Of a stretch of 31,154 bases of DNA, positions 15,164-25,800 are shown piece by piece. The DNA is from a virus (lineage: Duplodnaviria > Caudoviricetes). The notes beneath the pieces are model-generated. The model had not been told where the DNA came from, searched no databases, and saw only the letters and a program-made list of their open reading frames with translations. The DNA lies in the IMG/VR virus record IMGVR_UViG_3300007545_000014, positions 1-31,154 of that record; one strand, written 5' to 3'. Both the position numbers and the translations under genes were made by a program. The number at the start of each line of letters is the position of its first letter. Positions within the stretch are counted from its first letter, which is position 1.

Positions 15164-15591
15164 TGTTTTTTGATTTCATCATAGCATTTATCCGCACGAA
15201 CCGTTTAAAGGGTCGTAGGGAGTGTTTTGCTTGGGAGTCAGAATGCCTAGAAAATTACATAGTCTGGGCATTTAGTAAGAAATATTTATTTGTATCATTA
15301 ACAGATAGTAAGATTAATGGAGTAGGTGTAGCCTATCCTTTGCCAAACAAGAACACAGGAGATATAATTAGCCTTCTTCCCAGCGATGCGGATTTAGACC
15401 TTCCAGAGGCTTCTAGTGACCTTTGCGTTATGGATTGGATAGCACTAAATGCTCAAGGAAGAAAAGACCTTATGTCTCAATTTAACACCAGATTTCCTAA
15501 CTGGGAAAACCAAGACAAATATGGAATACAATTTGGAAAACCAAAACTTTTAACTAACAAATATATGAACCTCTTGAAAGGAATTAACTAA
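15163..15591 (+). CDS. Hypothetical protein, possibly GNAT-fold tail/core assembly factor (T7 gp13-like position)
   Basis: 142 aa, TAATG-coupled, between the tail genes and the ejection genes. Function is inferred from synteny only. Confidence 0.5.
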   Translation: MFFDFIIAFIRTNRLKGRRECFAWESECLENYIVWAFSKKYLFVSLTDSKINGVGVAYPLPNKNTGDIISLLPSDADLDLPEASSDLCVMDWIALNAQGRKDLMSQFNTRFPNWENQDKYGIQFGKPKLLTNKYMNLLKGIN

Positions 15592-15592
15592 T

Positions 15593-16492
15593 ATGGGAAC
15601 AGGACTAGAAGTATTGGCGTGGTCTTCGCTTGCTGGAACTGCGGCTGGAGCATTATCTAAACCTAAAAACATAAAAGCACCAGCACAACGCTCTTACCTT
15701 GGAGAAATGCAAGATGCTTTGCGTTCACAAGGACAGATTCAAGGTGACCTTATTGGTTTAGAAGGTCAATACACACCTCAATATCAACGCTTGCAACAAC
15801 AAGGACTTAGTGGTTCTCTTGGAAGTCTTGGAAGCCTGTACGGTGAGGCAGGAAGGATGTCTGGTGGGCTTCAGAGCGATTATCTTGGAATGCAGGGCGG
15901 TATCTATAATCAGGTTGGTCAAACGGCTATGCAGAACTACCAGCAATCTCTTGACTCAGGTACAAGGGGCATTTATGCATCTATGCAACAATCTGCTATG
16001 AACGACCTTAATGCTGGTCGTGGGCTTACCCCTCAGATGGAACAGTTCGCCCAGCAATCTGCTAGACAGGCTATGGCGGCTAGAGGTCTTTCTGGCAATC
16101 AGGCTGTTGCTCAAGAAGTTATGAACTCTTATCAACTTGGTCAAGCCCGTGAAGATAGGGCTAGACAGTTTGGTGGAGGGATGTATGCGGCTGGATTGGC
16201 TCAAACCCAGTCGGCTAATGCTATGTACGGTCAACCTCTTATGGCATCACTTAACCAGATGTCACCTGTTTCTTTAGTTCAAGGTGCTGGCACTCTTTAT
16301 GGTGGACTTGGTGCTAAATTGTTTACACCTGAATCTCAGTACAACGCTGGAATCTATGGTGCTAACCAGTCCAACAACACTCAAACAGCAATCGCTAATC
16401 AACAGGCTCAAGCAGGTTGGTCTGCTGGGCTTATGGGTATGGCTGGTTCTCTTGGTAAAGGATATCTTGAAAACGCTAACCTTGCTTCATAA
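15593..16492 (+). CDS. Putative internal virion / DNA ejection protein
   Basis: 299 aa, Gly/Gln/Ala/Ser-rich, with hydrophobic Gly-rich ends and a RQAMAARGL motif. First of three progressively larger genes. Confidence 0.7.
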   Translation: MGTGLEVLAWSSLAGTAAGALSKPKNIKAPAQRSYLGEMQDALRSQGQIQGDLIGLEGQYTPQYQRLQQQGLSGSLGSLGSLYGEAGRMSGGLQSDYLGMQGGIYNQVGQTAMQNYQQSLDSGTRGIYASMQQSAMNDLNAGRGLTPQMEQFAQQSARQAMAARGLSGNQAVAQEVMNSYQLGQAREDRARQFGGGMYAAGLAQTQSANAMYGQPLMASLNQMSPVSLVQGAGTLYGGLGAKLFTPESQYNAGIYGANQSNNTQTAIANQQAQAGWSAGLMGMAGSLGKGYLENANLAS

Positions 16493-16495
16493 TTT

Positions 16496-19400
16496 ATGGC
16501 TTCATCTTTTTCTCAATATCAAAATGGAATCCAGCCAGTTCAGGGAATTATTCAGGCTGGTGCTCAGATAGGTCAATTTTCACAATCTGGATTGCAGAAC
16601 TTTGGCAATGCTCTTGCTAACGGGATTGCTACCTACAACGAAAACCAAGGAAAAGCAGATTTGGTTAACGCCAAGGCTGGACAGATGGCACAGCAACTTC
16701 AAGGTTACTACGGGATGCTTAGTAAAGACCCTGAGTACGCTAAGTACGCTGAGCAGATTCTTCTTCCTCAGATTGAAAAACTTAAGAAGATTCCTGAACT
16801 TGCTCTACCTAAAAAGTTAGGACTTCTTGCTGGTGCTGAAGTTGCATTCAATGACTTCGGTAACTCCATCAAGATGTACGATACGATGCGAGCAAACCAG
16901 TTAAGACGAGACATTGGTCAAGGCGAAACGGAAATGGGTAACAATAGACTGGTTGGACAAAAGCCAGCGATTGCTAAAACCAAATGGAATCCAAACATCA
17001 GCGGGATAGAAAACTATAATGCATTCAGAGAACAACTTTCTAATGCAAGAAAGGCTGGGTTCACAGGAGACGACAATGACGCAATTTACAACTGGCTTGA
17101 AGATGTCAAAAATAATGCCGCTGACGGTGCGTTTGAAGGGCTTAGTCCTGAGCAATCTTACCAAATAAGAGGTGGTGTCCTTGACCAGATTTACGCTCTT
17201 CAGGAAAAACTAACCGCTGAACTTTCTGGAGCAACGCCATACGCTGGTGATGTAGAGCGTTCTGGAATGACAACTAAGGACTTCCTAAGTACAAAGACAG
17301 TTGTTACAGATGCAAGTGGTAAGCCTGTTTCCATTAACCTTCCTTCACCAAGTAAAGGCATTGATGTACTTAGGTTTGAGGATGGAAAAATTACTGGAAG
17401 AATTAACAGAGGTTCTGTTGCTAGATATGTAAATACAGAGCGTGGTCTTATCCGTGTTGAGGTTAATCAAGAATATCCTAGTGATATGCTTCCTGATTCA
17501 ATTCCAACTGCTGTTGCTCCGTCTGCTCCAGCACCTGTAGTTGTACCTCCACCTCCTTCAGCCTCAGTCCCTGCTCCAGCACCTGTACCAGCGGCACTCC
17601 CTCCTCCTCCGTCTGCACCTGCTCCTGTAGTTACTGCACCTGTACCTGCACCTGTACCTGCTCCTGCACCTGTACCTGTTATTCCCCTGCCCCCTCCCGC
17701 TCCAGCCCCAGCCCCTGCTCCAGCACCTGTTGTTAGAACCCCAGAAGCACTACCTCCTCCTCCGTCTAAGGCGGCAGAGGCAAAGCCTACTTCTAAGCCA
17801 GCAGGAAAAACCGATATCAGCGTTCAGGCTTATGCTAGGTCTCTTGGGATTAGTGAGGCTGAATTCACAAAGGCTGTTAAAGAATACGGAGTGTCTGCTC
17901 CTGAGTTCTACAAGCAACTTCAGAAAGATGCAGAATCAAATGGAATGTCTCCTGAGCAATGGTTTAAGACAATAAACACGCCTTCAACTGCTGATGCACT
18001 TCCTCCTCCTGAGTCTTCCGCTTCTGCTCCAGCCGCTCCTGAAGGACTTCCTGCACCTGAACCTAAGTATGTTGACCCTAGGTCTGCTGAAGGTCAAAGA
18101 GCAAGAATTCAAAGAAGAATTGAGCAAGGTGCTTATGCTGGCGATGACGGCAATCTCAGATATGACCTTGAGAAAGGAGACACAGCCGCAAAGGTAGCAA
18201 AACGGTTTGGTCTGTCTCTTAAAAAGGTTGAGGATTTAATGAAGGAAAGCGGAATTGACCGCAATAAATCAAATGTTGGTGACAGCATTATTCTTGGAAG
18301 TTCAACTATTGAAGGTGAAATGACAGAAGAAGAAGCCGCTGGTGTTTTAGGAGATGCTGGAACTACTGGAACTGCTGGACCTGCTGGTGCTACCGCTGGA
18401 CTTGAGTTAAAGCGTTCTTCAGCAAGTAGCCCAGAAGAAGCCGCACTTGTAAGAGAAGCGTGGGGTGCTGACCTCAGAAAACACGAAAAGGAAATTGAAG
18501 CATCAAAGAGAGCAAGGTCAGGTCTTAAAGGATATCTTGATTCAATAATTAAAGGCGGGAAACCTTATTATGGTGCTGAAACAAATATGACAGGCGGCTG
18601 GACTAATGATGAAGATTTTCTTGTTCCTGAGTTTGATAAACAATTTCCTGACTCGTTTTTCTGGGATTTTACTCCAGCAACAGACAGAGTTGAAAAAGGT
18701 AAGCGTGGAACAAGACCTGTTGAAAAAGACCAATTTAAAGGAGGTTTGCATTTTGACAACAACCTTAAAGAAACGGAAGCATACATAGATTCTTGGAAGA
18801 CAATTCTTCAAATTCAAAAAGATACAGGCACACACAGTATGTGGACTGGTGGTAGAGTAGGCAAACTAGCATTTGGTGAGCCGTGGGGTGTTACTGAAAA
18901 AATAAAAGCAAAAGAGGCTCTTGAGGCTAGAATAAAACAACTAGACGCTTCAATTCCAACTCTTGAAAAGAACTATGCATCTTTAAAGAAAACTCCTCCT
19001 TCATACGGAGATGTTAAAGCAAAGGTAATGGGCGAAACCGTTCCTGCTGGTGCTGGTATGGCTGATATACTTCCTTCTATGTCTGAAGTTCAGACAACGA
19101 TTGGAACTAGAGAGGTAACAAAAGACCTCACCACAGAAGAAAAGAAAACCCGTCTTAAGTCATTCCTTATGGAAAGATACAAAGACTCTGAAGGACGCAG
19201 TTATATTCCTTCTGGGTTTGATGCTATGTACACGGCTCTTCATCCTGAATCAGCCTTTAAAGTTATTGATACAGAAATTGGACCAATGTTCTGGGATGGA
19301 AACTCGTTCAAACAGGCACAAGTATCTGGCAAGCAAATGACAACGGCTGATGTCCGTGAGTCTAAGCGTGGAATCTTTGGTCAACAAACAGAAAAGGGAT

Positions 19401-19894
19401 GGATTCCAGAAGAAGTTGGACAGGAAACTGGCGTTTTCCTTGCTGGATTGTTCAACCGAAGCGATGCCGACTTAACTAAGTTTGACGAAATGGCTATCAA
19501 TAACGCATCAGGTCTTGCGGCTATCAGGGGAATCAAAGAAGTCTTGAAGATTCCTTTACACACTATTCCTATTGGTAAGAAGCGTCAGGAAGCCTACGGT
19601 AGAGTTCAGGTGTACATTGCCGCCCTTAAAGCCGCTATGAGAACCGACATCGTTGGCGTTGGTACTGTCTCTAACTTTGAACAGGCTATGATTGCTAAGG
19701 CAGTTCCAGACCCCTCAGAGTTCTGGAGACTTGATGATGCCGACTGGGGCAGAGTCTATGAAATTGAAAAGCGGCTTAAGAACCAACTTATCAATACAGG
19801 TGCTATGAAGGGTGTCACCGTGATGTTTAAAGAGCCAGAGGCTGAGAAAAATGTTGAAGCCGCCCTAAGAACTGGTAATAAGAACCTCAAGTAA
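16496..19894 (+). CDS. Putative ejection protein with a Pro/Ala-rich linker and a LysM domain (1132 aa)
   Basis: Gln/Gly-rich N-terminus, PAPAP region, and LysM-like YDLEKGDTAAKVAKRFGLSLKKV...NVGDSIIL at about 18161-18297. Confidence 0.7.
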   Translation: MASSFSQYQNGIQPVQGIIQAGAQIGQFSQSGLQNFGNALANGIATYNENQGKADLVNAKAGQMAQQLQGYYGMLSKDPEYAKYAEQILLPQIEKLKKIPELALPKKLGLLAGAEVAFNDFGNSIKMYDTMRANQLRRDIGQGETEMGNNRLVGQKPAIAKTKWNPNISGIENYNAFREQLSNARKAGFTGDDNDAIYNWLEDVKNNAADGAFEGLSPEQSYQIRGGVLDQIYALQEKLTAELSGATPYAGDVERSGMTTKDFLSTKTVVTDASGKPVSINLPSPSKGIDVLRFEDGKITGRINRGSVARYVNTERGLIRVEVNQEYPSDMLPDSIPTAVAPSAPAPVVVPPPPSASVPAPAPVPAALPPPPSAPAPVVTAPVPAPVPAPAPVPVIPLPPPAPAPAPAPAPVVRTPEALPPPPSKAAEAKPTSKPAGKTDISVQAYARSLGISEAEFTKAVKEYGVSAPEFYKQLQKDAESNGMSPEQWFKTINTPSTADALPPPESSASAPAAPEGLPAPEPKYVDPRSAEGQRARIQRRIEQGAYAGDDGNLRYDLEKGDTAAKVAKRFGLSLKKVEDLMKESGIDRNKSNVGDSIILGSSTIEGEMTEEEAAGVLGDAGTTGTAGPAGATAGLELKRSSASSPEEAALVREAWGADLRKHEKEIEASKRARSGLKGYLDSIIKGGKPYYGAETNMTGGWTNDEDFLVPEFDKQFPDSFFWDFTPATDRVEKGKRGTRPVEKDQFKGGLHFDNNLKETEAYIDSWKTILQIQKDTGTHSMWTGGRVGKLAFGEPWGVTEKIKAKEALEARIKQLDASIPTLEKNYASLKKTPPSYGDVKAKVMGETVPAGAGMADILPSMSEVQTTIGTREVTKDLTTEEKKTRLKSFLMERYKDSEGRSYIPSGFDAMYTALHPESAFKVIDTEIGPMFWDGNSFKQAQVSGKQMTTADVRESKRGIFGQQTEKGWIPEEVGQETGVFLAGLFNRSDADLTKFDEMAINNASGLAAIRGIKEVLKIPLHTIPIGKKRQEAYGRVQVYIAALKAAMRTDIVGVGTVSNFEQAMIAKAVPDPSEFWRLDDADWGRVYEIEKRLKNQLINTGAMKGVTVMFKEPEAEKNVEAALRTGNKNLK
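17495..17770 (+). repeat. Low-complexity Pro/Ala/Val coding repeats
   Basis: Recurrent GCTCCAGCACCTGT and CCTGCACCTGTA units encoding (A/V)PAP and LPPPP. Confidence 0.85.
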
Positions 19895-19895
19895 T

Positions 19896-22800
19896 ATGGC
19901 TGATATATACGCTGATACATCTCCCCAGTACTTTGGGGGCGAAGGTGCTAACTCTGTAACTCGCTACACAGGTGATGAAGACACAGATAAATACCTGAAC
20001 TCTTTGCCAGAGGATAAAAGAGCAGATGCTCTAAAGCGACTTACAGCCCCCCTTACGGGAGAAGAACTTGCTGAAAAGGCTAAAGACCCATATTACAAGA
20101 TGGATAGAAGTCAATTCTCTAGGTATCTTGGGTGGAAGAAAAACGAAGACAAAGGGATTTTAGACGACATTGGATTGCTTAGCGAAGGCGTTGCTCACAT
20201 CTTTGAGCAGATTGCTAAAACCGCTGGTTCTGTGGCAGACCATCCGTTGCAATCTTTGGCAAAACTTGGACCTTCTGGAGTTGAAGCGTTCTATCAAGGT
20301 ACAAGAAATATGTACGGAATGCTTGCTCAATCATCAGACCCTACAAGCAAGTTCTTTAGATTTAAAGCCGCTATAACAGGCGAAGATTCAGACGAGGGAT
20401 ACAGGCAGTATCAAGAAGCAAGAGAGTTTAATTTAGATTCAATTGACTTAGCAGAAGGAAAGAAAACCTTGTTAGTCAACAAAGATTACATCGACCACGA
20501 AATGACTCAGGCAATGAGTTATATTGCTGACCCCTCGTTGTTTATTCCTTTTGCCAAGATTGGTGGACTTGGGCTTCGTGCTATTGGTATGGGAGAGAAA
20601 GCCGCTATGCTTGCCGCCCGTGCAGGGGCTATCCAAAACAGACTAATTGGTGGTGCTCTTAAGTATGGCATTGGAAAACCAATTGAATTAATTGGCGGTG
20701 CAACAAGAGGAGTTATTGATTACGGAATCAACGCAGGTTCATTGGCGGCAGAAACCGTGACTGGTATGTCTGCTAAAGAAATTGCAACAACCGTCCGTAT
20801 GGGTTCGTTAGGAACTAGTGCGGCATCTCTTGCTGGACACTCTGTTCCTATTGTTTCTGACATCTCCAATGCTTATGTTGCTGGAGGTGTTGCACACGGT
20901 GTTGGTCAAGCACTTAGTGCTATTGGTGGTCAAATACAAAGAGGTCCAAGAGGATTCCTTTCTTATGCTAAGGCGGCTCTTGAGGCTGACAAGGCTATTC
21001 TTTCCCCTTCTGCACAGAACTTGCTTAAGGTAATTAATGCCGCTGACCCGCTTCTCTCATTGTCTGCTGACATAACAAAAGGTGCGGCTTACGGTGCTGT
21101 CATTGGTGGCGGGCTTGGCTACGGCAATAACGGTCTTGAAGGTATGTGGCAGGGTGCTGGGGCTGGCATTGCTCTTGGTGGCGTTGGTGGACTTGCTGGT
21201 GGGCTTCTCTCTAGAGCCACAGGTGCTAAGACCATTGAACGAGCAGACATAATGGCTAAGTACGCCATTGAGGGTGCTAAGGAAACAGGGAAACATCATA
21301 CTGCTCAAGCCTATGAATTATTCAGAAAGATTGGAGAGATGACAGGAACTAAGCCGATGATGGATGGCATTGTTGTCGCCTTTGACGGTCTTGCTCCTGA
21401 CTCTAGATTTCAATTCAGAAATGACGCTAACCACACTAAGTTCTTAGATGATAACGGATTTGATAGGAAAACTGGTATACATAAAACAGACCCTACAAAA
21501 CCAAAACAACTTTCTCAGTTTGAGCACATCAATATGGAAGGCGTTGTGATGGAAACAGCCGCTGATGGTCAGGTAACAATGCACATCAACACCACTAAAC
21601 TTTCAAAGGGTGCTAAAAAGGGATTCCGTGCTGGGACAGTTCCACACGAAATGCTTCACTTAATTCTTCGTAAGGCGGTTATGACTCCGCACTTTATTGA
21701 GAACCTCAAGCACGACCTTCTTGGCGTAAGAGACGCAACAGGTAAACTCCTTGAAGGCGGTTCTATCAACCCAGATGAAAGCAAGGCTTTCTTCAGGGAG
21801 TATATGAAGCGTACATACAACAAGGTTGATAAAAGCATTGACCCTACTGGACACGCCGCCGAAGCAAAGCGTTTGTCAGACCTTGCTGATAGGGCTGTTG
21901 ATGAGTACGAAAAGACAGGTCAAGCCACATTGACTGAGGCTACGGTAAATAGCAAAAAGCCTTTACTTGAACACCTTACTGAAGAGTTCGGTGCGTATTA
22001 TTTCCAAGAACTCGTTGGTGCTAAACCACCCGACTTCTTATTCTTTGCTGGTAAGTACGAAGGTCTTCGTGGAGTAATGGACAGAACGGTTAATAGATTT
22101 ATTGACCACTTTGAAAACAAACGCTCTGCCCTTGACCCACGGTTTTCGTTTAAACAAGGCAGGTCATTGTCTGAATCCTTCAGAGACAGTAGCGGGAAGC
22201 GAATCAGGGTAGGCTCTATTGACTATATGATTTCTGACTTCTTGAAGATGACTCAGAATCAAAACAGAACTGGACGAATTGACCTGACCTTGATGTCTGA
22301 TAAAGCCAGAGGAGAACTTATCCTCAGAAAAGGTCTTGACGACCTTGGTAGAGCAAGAGGGGCTAGAGACCCTAGAAAGAAAACAAGTCTCTCTAACGAC
22401 TTGCAACTAGGCAAGGCTGTTCACGCTGAACTTCTAGCCATTGACCCAGCAAGACAAACAGACGGTGCTGGCAATCTAGTTGGTCACTTGTCTGACAAGG
22501 ATGTTGCTGGACTTATTCGTGCTGGGCATATCTCACCTGCTATGGGTCAGAAGATTAAAACTCTTCAGGCTCTTGCTATGAATCCAGACAAATCAGTTTT
22601 TGAGTCTGGATACTGGGGTGCTACGCACACGGTAGAAACTGGACCAAATGTACCAAGAATTACTGGAGACGAAGTTCCTTTCACAAACAGACTTGGTGTT
22701 CTTCTTAGCGTTGACATAAAGGTTGGCAAGAATGGTAAGGTCTCAATGGTTGCACACACCCTTGACCTCAGGGTTAATAGCGAGAGGGCGAAAAATATGT

Positions 22801-25800
22801 GGTCTAATCCTTCGGTAAGAGACCTATGGAACGGAGATGTTATGCTGTTTGAAGCCGACTACATCAAGTATATAACCAATATGGGTAAAGATGTTGCTGG
22901 TGGAAAGGTTGAGTCATCTATCCTGTTGGACAACGGAGACGGCAATGGAGGAAAGAGAAGAGATGTTATGCATCAAGTTGCTGGCGTTCCCCTTGGTGCT
23001 GGCGATGTCTATGTTAATCATCCTATTGGCGAAATCTACTACGATGCTTTGAACGCCTACACGATGCTTTCAATTGGAAGAATGCAGGACATCCGACTAA
23101 CTGGAGAAAAGGTTCTTGGCTTTGACCCCAAGAATGCAATCCCAGACATCGGCAGAAACTTCTCACCTGCTGAGATGACCTACAGGGAAGCCCCTAATGG
23201 TAAGCATTGGGAGCACAAAACTGGCTACAGATTCCATCAGATTCTTGATGGCGAGGTCGTTGCCTACGACAGACGAGGTGAGCGTATTGGTTCATACGCA
23301 ACGCCAGAACAGGCTATGCTTGCTGGTAAGCAGAAACTCCAGAAGCAACAACAGGCTATGCACGAAGTTGCTCAGGATGTTAAGGCGGCTTATGACCGTG
23401 GTGTTCACTTCAGCCCTAGAGAAGAGTACGGAAGACAAAAAGCAACAGAAGAACTTCACGCAAGAGGATTTGCAGGAAAGTTTCGTGCTGAATATGTTGA
23501 GATGCTAAGAAGTCTTACTGAAGAATACAACGCAAAGATTAATAATCCTCAAGTAGACCCTAGATTTCTCAACGGAATCAGAAATAAAATGGAATTGATT
23601 CCAAAGATTTTGGAAAAGATTGATTCTAAGGCAGATTTGTTTTCAGAAGATTCGGTAACCCTAATTCAACACGCTGGAATCCCTGCAAGACTTGACGGTT
23701 CTTTTGGCTCTAATTCTGGCGGTCAGGCTTGGATGAGTATGCGTATTGGTGGCATAGATGCTCATATGAAGGGATGGGATAAGATTTATCCTATGACCTT
23801 CCGTTCTGCTCTTAATGACAGAATTCAGGTGATGCTTAGAGATACACCTAATATGACTCCTCAGCAACTGCGTAAGCGATTGCTTCAGTACGGCTCTAGA
23901 ACTGGAGAGCGTCTATGGGCTGAGGCTGAGGCTGTTGGATTTGTTGATTGGCTTGAGTCTAAGATTCAACCTACATACAGATTAACACGCAGGTACGATG
24001 CGGCTACTGGTGGCATTCTTCCGAGAGGACAGGAACATTCTCCAATTGCTACACCTAAGGGAGAAAATATGTCCGTATTAGACCCAAAGGAAATCACAGA
24101 TTTTCTTAAGAACAATGGCTTGTCGCTTAGGATTGATACTGGTGCTAAAGAACTTGGAGGATTGCAGACTGAGAATTATGTATTTGGTGGAACTAAAGGC
24201 GAGTATACTGAAACGCCTATTAGAATTGAACAGTCTCAATATCATCACGGAGTAAGAGGTCACTACGGACCTGATGTAGTTGTTCACACAAGAACAACAG
24301 TAAGATTCGATTCCGAAGGAAACAAATACCTATACATAGAGGAAATTCAATCTAACAATAGTGAAAGCATTCTTCCTCAAGGTGCTTTGAATAAAGAATC
24401 TCAAAAAATTCTGACAGAACAAAGAACAGATTTAGTTAAAAAACTTCAAGGGCTTCAAGAACTTGTAAACAAATACCCAGACCTTAAGGAAAGAGAACGA
24501 GTTCTTGAAGCCCTTAAAAATGGTGCATTTTATGACGAGGGCTTTGGCACTTCAATTCCGCTGATTAGTTATCTTTCTGACAACCAAAGAACTGGACAAG
24601 GAAGAAACACTACATCTAAAAAGGTTACAGCAAAAGAAAAAGAAGCAAGAAAAATTGCACTTGAAGTTGCTAAATTTATTGAAAGGAATCCAGACCTTAT
24701 TGTAAACCAATATATGCAAATGTTTGCCATAAGTAATGCAGACATTGGTCTTAGAAGAGACCCAACTGGACTTCGTCCGCATACACCTAAAGACGCATCT
24801 CACGAAAATGTAACTCGTACCCACCTGCTTGAGATTCTAAAACAACCTGACATTCTAAAAAACATAGCGGACCAATTTGTAGACCACAACATTAAATATT
24901 ATCAAGACGGATACAGCGATTTCAATAACGCCCAAGATGCTGGATTAAGACTTCAGATGAGCGATGGTAAGGTGTTCTATGCTAATCAGAGATTTAATCC
25001 TGCTTCAATTGGTGGTCCTAGAACAATTGCTGAATTCATAAGCAGAATTTATACTGACACATCTTCTGCTATTGCGGAAACTGCGTGGGAAACCGCCGAT
25101 GTCAAAAGGTCTAACCCAAATCCTGTTCCTAATTATGCAAGCCAAGGAAGACTTCATATTTTTGACACCTATGATGCTTACAGGGCTTATCACGGTTCTT
25201 TGATAGACCCCAATAATACACTTTACGGAGGTCATAGCCGTGCTTTATGGAATGTTCTAGATGCCGTTAACAAAGAGTTTGTAGAAAAAGATTCTTTGAT
25301 TTACAGAACAGCAAAACAGCAAGCGGAAGTGTACGGTGAAATCAAGAAACGAATTCTTGAGAAAAGAAAGAATGAAGGAAACACCAATAAAACCGTTGAT
25401 TTAGTTGAACTTGAAGCCGCATCTCCTCACACACTAAGTCGCAATATAGAAGCAATTGACAGAGAGTTCATTAAGCACGAAGAGGCTATGAAGAACAAAA
25501 AAGCCTACCCTCTTGAAGTCATCAACGAAAGAACCTTGGTTGCTTTAAAATCCCTGATTGTAGAATCTATCAGAAAGGGAATAAACACCCTTGTCCTTAC
25601 TCATCCTGACGATGCTCCTACTGTGTCTCAGATGAAATATATTTCTCGTACAGGATTGTATGGAAAAGCACTTCCTGAAATCTGGGGCGGTTTCCTTGCC
25701 AAATACGGAATCAAGATTCAGAAGTACGGCTCTACAGAAAGATTCCTTAAGGGTCTTGATGTCGCTGGAAACCCTGAAATTAAAAAACTGTTTGAGACTT

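Noticed and set aside
17495-17770. Possible CRISPR array or DGR-type repeat
   Set aside because: The repeats are degenerate, in-frame Pro/Ala codons with no constant repeat-spacer period, and there is no cas or reverse transcriptase gene in the window.
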